From NCBI RefSeq assembly GCF_001194135.2, contig NC_068986.1:25020958-25053672 (forward strand): a stretch of DNA of 32,715 nucleotides, read 5' to 3'. The notes under the pieces are model-generated. The model saw only the letters and a program-made list of their open reading frames with translations. It searched no databases and was not told where the DNA came from. This DNA is from Octopus bimaculoides. Its lineage: Eukaryota. The position numbers and the translations under genes are program-made. Below are positions 1 to 10,492 of this stretch, piece after piece (within the stretch, counting starts at the first letter, position 1; every line of letters begins with the position of its first letter).

Positions 1-147
1 GGAAGGAGTGGGGAGGAGGAGGAGGAGGAGGCGTAGGAGGAGTACGGCGACAACGATGATGATGATGATGACCACCACTACGATAAACGATGGTGGTGGT
101 TTAGTCCACGATTACGACGACTACTATGATAATGATAATGATGACTT
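1..147. repeat. Mosaic trinucleotide low-complexity tract (GGA/GAT/GAC/GGT)
   Basis: Directly visible: ggaggagga..., gatgatgatgac, gatggtggtggt, gataatgataatgatg. Confidence 0.85.
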
Positions 148-211
148 TCGTTTCGTTTCTCATTGGTACAGAACACCGTAGAACGTTGGCTGCTGTTCAG
201 CAAAGATGTAC

Positions 212-535
212 AGGAGTGGCTGTGTGGTAAGTAGCTTGCTTACCAACCACATGGTTCCGGGTTCAGGCCCGCTGCGTGGTACCTTGGGCAAGTGTCTTCT
301 ACTATAGCCACGGGCCGACCAAAGCCTTGTGAGTGGATTTGGTAGACGGAAACTGAAAGAAGCCCGTCGAATATACATATATATATGTGTGTCTATGTGT
401 GTATATGTTTGTGTCTGTGTTTGTCCCCCTACCATCGCTTGACAACCGATGTCGGTGTGTTCACGTCCCCGTAACCTAGCGGTTCGGCAAAAGAACCGAT
501 AGAATAAGTACCAGGCTTACAAAGAATAAGTCCTG
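212..535 (+). mobile_element. tRNA-derived SINE, family A (CORE-like), 3'-truncated
   Basis: Head GGAGTGGCTGTGTGG (A box) and GGTTCAGGCCC (B-box-like); ACCTTGGGCAAGTGTCTT resembles the start of the MIR CORE domain; internal TA/TG microsatellite; near-identical to copies at 19869-20281 and 29641-30173. Confidence 0.9.
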
Positions 536-561
536 ATATATTTGCGTTGTTATTTTTTGTT

Positions 562-755
562 NNNNNNNNNNNNNNNNNNNNNNNNNNNNNNNNNNNNNNN
601 NNNNNNNNNNNNNNNNNNNNNNNNNNNNNNNNNNNNNNNNNNNNNNNNNNNNNNNNNNNNNNNNNNNNNNNNNNNNNNNNNNNNNNNNNNNNNNNNNNNN
701 NNNNNNNNNNNNNNNNNNNNNNNNNNNNNNNNNNNNNNNNNNNNNNNNNNNNNNN
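562..755. other. Assembly gap. Other gaps: 2465-2589, 8979-8988, 14746-15483, 17756-17766, 18307-19058, 21411-21420, 22840-23553, 26130-26769, 27999-28603, 29853-29984
   Basis: Runs of n; most abut microsatellites or transposon copies. Confidence 1.
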
Positions 756-797
<42 letters not shown>

Positions 798-850
798 AAT
801 AGAAGTTGAAAATGCACTGAGAATAGTTAAAATATTTTTTATTAATATAT

Positions 851-900
851 TTGAAACTTTAACCGGTTTCACAGTTTACACTGATTTTCAAAAAGTTCAA
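851..900 (-). ncRNA. Candidate minimal type I hammerhead ribozyme (degenerate) in the PLE inverted arm
   Basis: Minus strand: ttgaacttt-TTGAAAA-tcagtgtaaactgt-GAAA-ccgg-TT-aaagtttcaa. Helix I ttgaa/cttt pairs with aaag/ttcaa, helix II cag/ctg, palindromic helix III ACCGGT. Confidence 0.5.
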
Positions 901-1024
901 ATAGAAAGACGTGGCTTATGTCGCAGCTGTCTTGTTTCTGACTAGTGTTTGAAATTTTCTGTTTTTATAGGGAGTTCATGGTTCAAATTAGTAAATTAGT
1001 ATATGTTTCGAATAGGATTTGATT

Positions 1025-1731
1025 GGTAGAGGGTATCCATTAATGCTAATATACAACGGAATACAACCTTCCAAAGCAATAAATATCGAAGAACTACGAA
1101 AAACGAAAAACGCTCCCAATACATCCAATAATCTACCCTTTATTACAACACACAACACAAGAAACACAGAGGTTTACAATATTATCCACCAGAACATCCC
1201 ACAACAAGACCCAAGAATGAAACAAACATTCGAAATACGCAAAACAATCAAAAGTAAAAGACAATCAAAGTCCCTCAAAAAATTCCTCATAACTGCTAAA
1301 TTACTTTCCACAATTCCTACACCAACAGTCAAAAAATGTGGCCGCCCCATTTGCAGGACCTGCATCAAACTTATTGATGACACAACATATAAATTTAAAT
1401 CAGGACAGGCTTTTACCATAAAAATCACTTTACATGTTCTTCACGGAATTTAATATACGCTATCAGGTGTCAAGGATGTAATGAAGATTACACAGATCAA
1501 ACAAAGCTTACTCTAAGAAAAAGACTGACCATTCACCGACAACAAATACGAGACCCCAGTACTAGACAGTTTCCACTGAGTGATCACATAGACGTATGTG
1601 CAAAAAATAAGTCTCCCAAATTCCAGGTCTTCCCACTCTACCTATGTTCAGCGAATACCACAAATGAAGCACAGATAGACAAAGAAAATACTTTCATATA
1701 AAAGTACAAACCAAGTCTTAACAAACTTTAA
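1025..1731 (+). pseudogene. Decayed PLE ORF C-terminus (RT thumb, Cys-rich linker, GIY-YIG endonuclease)
   Basis: RGYP..LI, LPFITTHN, RQSKSLKKFL, CGRPICRTC; after a frameshift near 1428: FTCSSRNLIYAIRCQGCNEDYTDQTKLTLRKRLTIHRQQI...PLSDHIDVC...KENTFI*KYKPSLNKL*. LIY...YTDQT is a degenerate GIY-YIG motif; the Cys linker is typical of Neptune-type PLEs. Confidence 0.9.
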
Positions 1732-2309
1732 CAGAGTACATACACAAATAACTATTCACACACAAAATTCATTCTGCCACTTATCATGAGGAAGCTACGT
1801 AGCTAACAACCTAAACTTTAGCCATTGGACTGCATACAAACGACTCTTGTCCGCTCTCCCATCAGACAGATTAAATTTGGAGTGCCATGATTATAAATAA
1901 ACATGTTCACGCAGCTGTGTCGGCCTTCTTTTTAGGCACAAAATATACCGTTACGTTACACTAACGCACAGACGTAGCGGGAAACATACAAAAGGTTATA
2001 AACTTAATCATGTGTTCATTCTCTACAAACACTTGACAGAAAACATTCAGAGCATTGATTGTTTGAACTTGTTCAGTCAACTCTGTCAGCCTTAACTTAT
2101 GACGCCAAACATTGGCAGTAGATACTAACACACGGACGTAGCGGGAAACCTAAAACTATTTGTAAGACCAGTCATGTGACTATCCTCTACCAATCAAATC
2201 ATATTCAAAACATATACTAATTTGAGCCAAGAACTCCCTGTAAAAACAGGGCAAACTTCAAACACTAATCAGAAGCAACACAGCTGCGACATAAGCGACG
2301 TCTTTCTAT

Positions 2310-2359
2310 TTGAACTTTCTGAAAATCAGAATAAACTGTAAAACCGGTTAAAGCTTCAA
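2310..2359 (+). ncRNA. Second, more decayed copy of the candidate hammerhead motif
   Basis: ttgaacttt-CTGAAAA-tcagaataaactgt-AAAA-ccgg-TT-aaagcttcaa. G12 is changed to A and C3/A8 mismatch, so it is probably inactive. Confidence 0.4.
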
Positions 2360-2658
2360 ATATATTAATAGCAAATATTTTAACTATTCTCAGTGCATTT
2401 TCAACTTCTATTTTTCCTATGTTTCTTTCTACCCGTGTGGAATAAAATAACTTTGTTTTAAATANNNNNNNNNNNNNNNNNNNNNNNNNNNNNNNNNNNN
2501 NNNNNNNNNNNNNNNNNNNNNNNNNNNNNNNNNNNNNNNNNNNNNNNNNNNNNNNNNNNNNNNNNNNNNNNNNNNNNNNNNNNNNNNNNTATATATACAT
2601 ATTATGTATATGTGTAATGTATACACACACATACACGCATGCACAAACACACATAAAT

Positions 2659-2702
<44 letters not shown>

Positions 2703-3044
2703 TGAGAATTTATAACATTTGCCAGCGTAGAAAAACAGATACGCCCAGAGAATCAATTATTCATGAGTGATATCTTCCATAACAAAAATCAATAGTTAAA
2801 TTAATGTTAATGTTTTAGTACATTTTAATAACATAGCTAACATCAAATAAGCTAACTAGGGAAAAAAAACAATTCTAAAACATTTGTGTTGATATTCCGA
2901 CAAAATATTAAGTCAACAAAGAAATTAAAGCAGCATGGAACTTATTAGTAACCAGCAAAAACTTCTTTTACCACTTTACGTAAAATTCGTGTAGTGTAGA
3001 ACAGAATAATAACGAGAGTACAAATAGAGTTTGAGGGTGTATAA

Positions 3045-3120
3045 GGGCGCATGACCTAGCGGTTAGGGTGTTGAATTCGCGATCACGAGATCGTAGTATT
3101 CTTGAGCAAAACACTTCATA
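3045..3120 (+). mobile_element. tRNA-derived SINE family D head fragment (internally deleted)
   Basis: GGCGCATGACCTAGCGGTTAGGGTGTTG...TTCTTGAGCAAAACACTTCAT; related to minus-strand copies at 9495-9626 and 10870-11045. Confidence 0.6.
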
Positions 3121-3571
3121 GACGTAGGTATGACTGTATGGTGAGCTTGTTTTCCAACCTCATGGTTCTGTGTTCAGTCCCACTGTGTGGCTCCTCGGGC
3201 AAGTGACTTCTACTATAGCCTCGAGCCGTCCAAAGCCTTGTGAGTGGATTTGGTAAACGGAAACTGAAAGAAACCCATCGTATGTGTACGTTCGTCTGTG
3301 TGTGTGTGTGTGTGTCTGTATGTGTGTGTGTGTGTCTGTGTGTCTGTGCTTTTGTTTATCCCCCCTTCACCGCTCGACAACCGGTGTTGGCGTGTTTATG
3401 TCCCCGTAACCTGGCGGTTCGGCAAAAGGATAGATGGAATAAATACCTAGCTTTAAAACAAAAATAAATCGTGGGGGTCGATTAATTCGACTAAAAGTCC
3501 TTCAAGGTGGTGCCCCAGCATGACCGCAGTCTAATGACTGAAACAAGTAAACAAGTAAAAGATGAAAGATA
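3121..3571 (+). mobile_element. SINE family A-related, near full length, with internal (GT)n
   Basis: Same modules as 212-535, ending in GGTGCCCCAGCATGACCGCAGTCTAATGACTGAAACAAGTAAA. Confidence 0.9.
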
Positions 3572-3779
3572 ATGATCTCACGTTGCTCTGTGATTACTTT
3601 GACGCCTGACGCGTGGTACACCGTGCACGTGTTCAGGTAACGAAGAATTGACAGAGAGAATGAGCTAACGTACAGCGCATACATTTGATCGCTATAGACA
3701 AATCATATGTGCAGGTCGTTCGGCAAGAAATTGCAGAAACTACCATCACTCACACACAGATAGAGAGTAATGAATTTAT

Positions 3780-3948
3780 TTGGTCCTGTAGCTAAGAAAC
3801 TCGCTTTGCAACCAACCACGTGGCTTCGCGTTCATGTCAACTGCGCAGTATCTTGGGCAAGTGTCTTCTACAATAGCTACGGGCTGACCAAAACCTTGTG
3901 AGTGGATTTGGCCGACGAAAACTTAATGGATACCAATCGTATACATAC

Positions 3949-4024
<76 letters not shown>

Positions 4025-4282
4025 AACCCCTTCCCCCCACTGCTTGACAACCGTTACTTACTTGTTTACGTCTCCGTAATTTAGCGGTTCGGCAAAAGTA
4101 ACCGATAGAATGACTACCAGACTTAAGAATTAAGTACTGAGGTCAATTTGTTCGACTAAGACCCTGCAAGGCGGTACTCCAGCATGGCCGCAATCCAATG
4201 ACTGAAACAAGTAAACGGTTAAAGTTAAATAAATAAATGAATAAATAGATAAACAAACAAATAAATAAATAAATAAATAAAT
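3780..4282 (+). mobile_element. SINE family A-related, diverged, with a long internal (TG)n and (TAAA)n tail
   Basis: TCTTGGGCAAGTGTCTTCTAC...CCTTGTGAGTGGATTTGG...(TG)n...TTAGCGGTTCGGCAAAAG...GGCGGTACTCCAGCATGGCCGCA...GACTGAAACAAGTAAA. Confidence 0.88.
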
Positions 4283-5059
4283 ATATAAATTGCGGAGTCA
4301 TTTTAATATTTTAGTAACGCTCTGTGGAACTTAGGCCCAAGAGAGTTACTCGAGCTTCTCTGCAACTTACGATTGAGAATCAAAACAAGCGATCCGTTTC
4401 GTTGTTATTTACCAACTCATCGTGATTCATCTAGCTCTCCTTCCCAAGTGGGAGACAGATTAAAGGTCCAACAGCGCAATGCGTACTAGAACAGCGAAGC
4501 AGTAAGACAGATTCGTAATGAACAACTACGTCGAACTTAAAGCAGCTTGTTGAACCGAGATTATTGACACTAACAGGGAATTATCAATACTGTAGCCTTG
4601 TGAAATGAAAGCGCTCGGCCAAAACCCAAACCCGTCACACAAACAGTTGACGCCGGGGCTTTGCCACGACGCTACCTTGTTCACTCTAGTCTATAATAGC
4701 CTCAATCAGAAATGTTTTTCTGTATTTTAACTGCTCCGCTAATGGATTGAGTTATAAGAATTTTAGTGAAAAAACTTTCGTATTTGGTGATGGGGTGTGG
4801 TGGGAAGGACGTTGTTTTTAATATATTTTGGTTTCTTTTAAATTTCGCTTCTTGTTTCTGCGGAGTATTTTTTCATTTTTTTGCTCTGGTTTTTTTCTTT
4901 TTTTTACATTTTTAAGCACCTCAACTTCTAATGGCACTTATTTGGTTACGTTACAAATGCTTAGACTTATGTGCTGCATGATGCGTACGCATGTCATTTG
5001 ATTAAATTGATTGAGACTTCTCACTTGCTATGTTTTTATCGAATTCCAGAAGGGAAAAA

Positions 5060-5275
5060 ATACACACACACACACACACACACAATACGCGCACACACAC
5101 ACATACATACATACATACATACATACATACATACATACATACGTACATACATACATATATATATATATACATATATACACACACACACACATACATACAT
5201 ATATACACGCACACATACATATATACATATATATACATATATATACATACACACACATCTATTTACACACACACA
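5060..5275. repeat. Compound microsatellite (CA)n/(CATA)n/(TA)n
   Basis: Directly visible. Confidence 0.95.
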
Positions 5276-5748
5276 CGCGTGTATGTGTATAGCGTGCAGT
5301 TAGCAAATGACATCAAAAGAAATGTTATAAGAAAAACTGCAGAAGCAAGTCTAAAGACACATTCTTCGTTGACGTGACATCGCAGTACGTAATAACGTAA
5401 ACATGCGTGTATGTATCTGTGTGTCTTTGTCTGTGTGTGTGTGTGCGTGTGTGTGTGTGTGTAAGCAGCGAAAGAGCGGATGACTGAATGAAAAGATTAG
5501 CCCACAACCGAATTCGCAGTTGATGGTTCTATTATCGTTAACACAGTACGAGGCTGTGTAGCTGTGTCTCTGCCCGGGACATTTAACTTTCAGATGACAC
5601 AGTTCACCAATCTGTATATATGTGCCATTAGGTTAAAAACACTTCACCGAGCCTATGAGAACTCAATGCGATCACATAACAATTGACCAAATGTCCTTCA
5701 AATCACGCCGTACTGCCTCCAGTAAACACAGACTTCTCAGTCACAATG

Positions 5749-5771
5749 TAGAGATAGAGAGAGAGAGAGAG

Positions 5772-5848
<77 letters not shown>
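5749..5848. repeat. (GA)n-(GT)n microsatellite
   Basis: Directly visible. Confidence 0.95.
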
Positions 5849-5851
<3 letters not shown>

Positions 5852-6514
5852 AGTGTATGTGTGTTTTATATCTGTCTATTGACGACTCTATCGATTTGAT
5901 CGGTTTCTAACAGCAACTCGAGTTTCATGTTCGAAGGAAGATATTTGACTTTTCAATAAAACTGAGACCTAGTCACCGTGTTCGGCCATAGCTATTTCGG
6001 TGCATATCACAGAGTATGACTGGCTATGATATATGGGGTATGGAAAGAAAAATGCACTATCTCTAATTGGAAATTTGAGATCGAGGTGGTCATTCAGATT
6101 TACATAAATATAGATTATATCCCTTAGATTGCGAGTAATCATTACGACTATAAATATTTCGACACCTTGTTTCACTCCTTAGGAGTATCCATAGAATTTT
6201 TGGTAGATCGTTAGGTATGAGGTTCCTTGGAATATCTGTCTATTTGGGTCCTGATGTATCTGGATTTTGATCATTTGAGTCTTGATGATTTGGGTCTAGA
6301 CGTAAGAGTAGGATGAAAGAAAGGTGAATGAAGAAAGGTATGAGTGAAATTTTAGCTTTAATTATATGAGCTGCTTAAGAGATTTTTATAATATTGTTAA
6401 GAATAGCTTTAAGGATGGTAGTATTGTTCTATTGGGGCATTGAGGTACTGTGGTATGTGTATGGTATGGTATTCTGCGTGTTGTAGACAGTAAATGCTGG
6501 GAAGGCTGAAAAAA

Positions 6515-6660
6515 GAAAGTAGAAAGATGTTTCGGGATAGTTCCCAATGCACCTATAACTACTGGGATATATTTTACCCGCACTTTCCATAGTCTCTGTA
6601 ATTCAATAGCTAGGTCCTGGTACTTTGCTACTTTTTCTATACCTCCCATCAACTCTATAC
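6515..6660 (-). mobile_element. R4/Dong-like non-LTR retrotransposon fragment (restriction-like endonuclease C-terminus)
   Basis: EKVAKYQDLAIELQRLWKVRVKYIPVVIGALGTIPKHL matches the EK..KY.DL...PvviGalG motif of R2/R4/NeSL REL endonucleases; adjoins a (TAA)n/(CAA)n tract. Confidence 0.85.
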
Positions 6661-6668
6661 CTCTCATC

Positions 6669-6705
6669 CATTATTATTATTATTATAATTATTATTAATA
6701 TTATT

Positions 6706-6738
<33 letters not shown>

Positions 6739-6940
6739 ATCAACAGACACATATGTATATACATATATATATATACACATGCACATACACACACATATAT
6801 TTGATATGTACATGTATGTATATGTATAAAACTAAGTATATAACCATATCTGTGTATGTATTTGCGTGCATGTATTTGTCCGTGTATGCGTCTGCATGTA
6901 TGTGGGCGTGTATGTATGTATGTATATGAGTGTGTGTGTA
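6669..6940. repeat. (ATT)n-(GTT)n followed by TA/CA/TATG microsatellite mosaic
   Basis: Directly visible. Confidence 0.9.
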
Positions 6941-7611
6941 GTAATGTGTACATATGAGCGTCTACTTAAATCTGGTGTGTATATAAAATTTCGATAAACT
7001 TCATTTCCCTTTTCCATGTTTCTTTATCTTAAAATCTTAAATTTACTATATTATGCCTTCCAGCTAGAAGTGAAGAATTTTGGTATGGCACCGATGAAAT
7101 TTCAGATTTCTTCTTAATTGTACAAAATCAGCTCACTCTCTTATTACGTCTGCACCTTGGTTTTGCTGTATTTTTATAGGTATTGCTTGTTACCATTTTT
7201 TTATTCTTATCTTATTTATAATTTTTTTTTTTTTTACAAATCTAGTTTGCAAAATTTGTAAATATTTTCTTATAAAATTACAAAACTTTCCACTTAGATT
7301 TTCTATTTTTAAATTTGAATTTCTTTTTACTTTTTTATTTTATCCATAAAAAAAAATATTAGTGCAAGATAACTCGGTGGAGCATTACAGCTGAAAGTAA
7401 GGTGTCTGTTATTGATTCCCAGTTATTGTTATTTGGAGTGAAATATGAAATCCGATTAAAATGGTGACAATCAGCGTCGGCAACAATTAGCTCATAGATG
7501 AGTTTGATAAATTTAGTTGCCATGAGGGGCCAATAATTTAACGCTTTGGGTTCCAGGTTCTCTTCTGAAAGCGAGAAAGAGAGCTAAAATGCTGGTGTTT
7601 TGAATGCAATA

Positions 7612-7931
7612 ACTCTTTCTTTTTCAGCACAAGGCCAGTAATTTTTTAAATGAGTGAATAAGTGCTCTCAAATAATACTTCATTTATCGACCCCGAAGGG
7701 ATGAAAGTCAAAAGAAAAGCCGCTGAGCATTTCTTTCGGTACGGTAAAGATTCTACCAGCTCACCGCTTTCATTTTGAATGCAATAATTTGTTTCTACTA
7801 CAAGCACAAGGCCTGAAAGGATGAAAGGCAAATGTCGACTTCGGTGAAATTTGAACTCGGAACGAAAACCCAGAAGAAATACTAAACATTTTATCCGGTG
7901 TACTAACAACTCTGCCAGCACGCCGCCTTCG
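7612..7931 (-). mobile_element. Two internally deleted SINE family B copies in tandem
   Basis: Each runs AGCACAAGGCC...GGATGAAAG...CCAGC(T/A)C(A/G)CCGC and aligns with the full copy at 10493-10707; bracketed by three copies of TTTTGAATGCAATA. Confidence 0.75.
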
Positions 7932-8099
7932 TTTTGAATGCAATATTGCAATCTCGTAAAATGGGACACCACTGTCATCTCGCTTTTCTTTTCATTTTGA
8001 CGAAGCAAGAAAACACTGCAGTTAATCTGTGAATAGGGCATTAATCTGTGAATAGGGAATTAAATCACTCCCTCCAGAGACTCGAGGTAGCACCTTGAG

Positions 8100-8310
8100 C
8101 AAATGCTGACAGTTCCAGAGTTATAGTGTAGTCCAAAGTTCGGTAGATCAGGCGGCAATCTGTTATATTACTCCCTGTGACTGTCATGGCCAACAGTGAT
8201 TGGATCAGTTTCAACCGCCGATCGTCATGGTTACTTTGTCGTTGATATCTTACCACCAAGGTCAGAGATACGATTAACAGCACCCAGTTCCTTTATTGAT
8301 AGATGGCCCA
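8100..8310 (-). mobile_element. Highly decayed CR1/L2-like LINE reverse-transcriptase fragment
   Basis: With frameshifts reads N.ISD.LGG.YQR... then CAGGGAGTAATA...CTGATCTAC, resembling WI.SFL.GR.Q.V...PQGSV.GP.LF.IY. Confidence 0.45.
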
Positions 8311-8334
8311 GCAAAATGTCATTACATATGCTGT

Positions 8335-8505
8335 GTAGACATAATCATAGCTGAATAGTTAGTGAAGAGATTTGCTTCGCAACCATGCTGCCCCAAGTTC
8401 GATCCTACTACGCGACATCATGAGCATTTAAATTAACTCTGGAGCAAGCCAAGCCTCGAAAGTGAATTTACCTAGATGTTAACTGTATGGAAGCCTGTCG
8501 GACAA
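8335..8505 (+). mobile_element. Old, degenerate SINE family A-like head and body
   Basis: TTTGCTTCGCAACCATG...AAGTTCGATCCTACTACG...AAGCCTCGAAAGTGAATTT...AACTGTATGGAAGCCTGTCG parallels family A. Confidence 0.45.
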
Positions 8506-9494
8506 ATCGTACTATTTGTGTCATGCTGATTCTACTTACGAATTGCGTTTAAAGTAGCCGTAAATGCGGTATACTCAACCATTTTTGCACAGCAATTCAG
8601 TGAACAGGTCGTCCAGTTTGGTCAAACAACAGGACGCACATAGGCTGAAATTGAAGTGAGAGCTCATCAGCATTACACTTACCAAGGCAGGAGTCCCTAG
8701 AAGACTGGAGTGGTGGGGGTAGACTTCGAACGAGTAACTGGAAGTATTTTTCTACTGATATCTGCATGAAAAAGCTGAATGGAGAGAAGAGTAGATGAGC
8801 AGAGTTGAACTATAGCTAAGCCTGAGACATTTGTGCCTCAAAAAGAAGCAGGATGTTTGAACACAAGTAACTCATAATTATTGTTAGCATTTTCTGTTTT
8901 TCTTCCCCCCCCCCCTCTCTCTCTCTCTGTCTTTCTCTCCATATTTAACACAATTGTCTCCGTAAACTTTCAAAATTANNNNNNNNNNATAGATTTACAA
9001 GAACTTTTAAATCGTGTATTAAGCATTTTAACTTTTTTTTACATTTTACCTTTTTTTTTTTTTTGTCTTGTTTAAAAATCGTGTGAAAAGCTGATGAAAA
9101 AAATTAACGTAATCCGTGATATTATTTGTCATTAACAGGTTTCTGTTCCTGAATTTCAGACTGGATTTCTGAAAAGGCACGTATCTCAGCATCCAAGAAA
9201 ATCATCAATGACACATGATAGATTCTTTCATTTTGCTTTGTTGTTTTTGTTTTTACCGTATTTTTACAACTACAACCACAATTTGATTTACACAACTACG
9301 TCAGTTTAAATATAAGAATTAATTTACTATTCTGGAGTTTCAGAATGTGCAAAAACTCCTCCTCATTGTCGTAACCGTCATCATAATCATCATTATCAAG
9401 CCCTGGACATTACCATCACGAATCCTTGGACTCACAGGGCCGGTTACCAGTTCCCATTATATATAAGTGACGAAAATCCCAGTTGTCCGTCGCA

Positions 9495-9626
9495 GGATTA
9501 CTCACAGTTTAATGAACTGGAGCAACGGAAAATGAAGTATTTTTGCTCAAAAAGACAATGCACTGTCCGGTTCGAGAATCGAAACCATGACCCAGTGAGA
9601 GTAACACTCTAACTACTAAATACCAT
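9495..9626 (-). mobile_element. SINE family D fragment
   Basis: GAACTGGAGCAACGGAAAATGAAGTATTTTTGCTCAAAAAGACAATGCA...GAATCGAAACC (B box on the minus strand). Confidence 0.65.
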
Positions 9627-9704
9627 TCGGTCAAAATAATTTTCATCTTATGATTGCTTTCAGTATTTTTAGTTTTTACCAAACCAAATTTCCAAGACCC
9701 AATA

Positions 9705-9866
9705 TTCTTTTCTACTCTAAGCACAAAGCCCGAAATTTTGGGGGCGGGGTGGGGGGTACTTACTTTATCGACCCCCGAAAGGCAAAGTCGACTTCGGCGG
9801 AATTTGAACTCAGGACGTAAAGACAGACGAAATACCGCAAAGCATTTCACTCGGCATGCAAACATT
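9705..9866 (-). mobile_element. SINE family B copy lacking the extreme head
   Basis: TTTATCGACCCCCGAAAGGCAAAGTCGACTTCGGCGGAATTTGAACTCAG...GAAATACCGCAAAGCATTT. Confidence 0.85.
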
Positions 9867-10100
9867 TCTTATTTCTTTATTGCTCACAGGGGGCTAAACA
9901 TGGAGGGGACAAACAAGGACAGACAAAGGGATTAAGTCGATTACATCGATCCCAGTGCATAACGGGTACTTTATTTATCGATCCCGAAAGGATGAAAGGC
10001 AAAGTCGAATTCGGCGGAATTTGAACTCAGAACGTAAAGACAGACGAAATACCGCAAAGCATTTCACCCGGCGTGCTAACACTTCTGCCAGCTCGTCACC
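9867..10100 (-). mobile_element. SINE family B variant with an alternative 3' tail
   Basis: Same head and body as 10493-10707, but the tail reads (plus strand) TATTTCTTTATTGCTCACAGGGGGCTAAACATGGAGGGGACAAACAAGGACAGAC. Confidence 0.85.
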
Positions 10101-10492
10101 CAAGACATGGCGAATATCGATTCACCATACTTCTTTTAACGCTTTAACTGCAGAATTAAATTTTATGGTTATTCCAATGATCATGTTAAATATCTACCAA
10201 AAATAGAATCGCTCAATAAACTTGACGCATCTGTACAAAACAAAAAGAAAACAGTTTTAAACTACATTCTTCAACAAAAAATAAATTGGTATATAAAACT
10301 GTTGTCTGCAATTAAGAGCAATGAAATTTTATATATCTGATTTCTGCAGTAAAAAAGTTAAAGCCAAATTTGAAATATGCTCGATAGTTTGGAAACTATG
10401 GTTCTAGGTCCTAACGAATTACTTAATAAGCAATTGATGTTGTTTGTTGTTGTTGGGAGTAGTGGTACGAATAAAACTGATGTGGAGTGCAC

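Larger units (their letters stand above)
798..2464 (+). mobile_element. Penelope-like retroelement 3' portion with an inverted copy of its terminal (pLTR) region at the 5' side
   Basis: 798-1035 is the reverse complement of 2181-2412 (roughly 85-90% by eye); the enclosed DNA encodes the RT-thumb end, a Cys linker and a GIY-YIG endonuclease; AATAAA at about 2441. Confidence 0.85.

Noticed and set aside
160-435. Recurring ORFs such as RRASFSFRLPNPLTRLWSAR (also 20055-20297 and 29671-30300)
   Set aside because: Antisense translations of SINE family A; the recurrence reflects the repeat, not a protein family.
4971-5377. His/Thr/Tyr/Ile- or Val/Cys-rich ORFs in several frames (also at 6603-6953 and 32165-32602)
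   Set aside because: Translations of CA/TA/CATA microsatellites, open in many frames on both strands.
5975-6200. Possible hammerhead motifs on the minus strand (CCGAAATAGCTATG; CTAAGGA...TCGAAATATTT)
   Set aside because: No intact CTGANGA box, no consistent helices I and II, and one has G at the cleavage position. The 5975-6510 tract may be an element remnant, but I cannot assign it.
7362-7402. Possible 34-nt micro-exon (TTAG...GAAA|GTAAG)
   Set aside because: Splice-like dinucleotides of this quality are expected by chance, and there is no supporting partner exon.
8570-8880. Purine-rich stretch with GGAGTCCCT (GVP) suggesting an RT remnant
   Set aside because: Only a three-residue match; the surrounding RT motifs could not be recovered.
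9139-9310. Possible exon after TTAACAG (VSVPEFQTGFLKRHVSQHPRK...)
   Set aside because: No recognisable homology, no convincing donor site, and it runs into T-rich low-complexity sequence.
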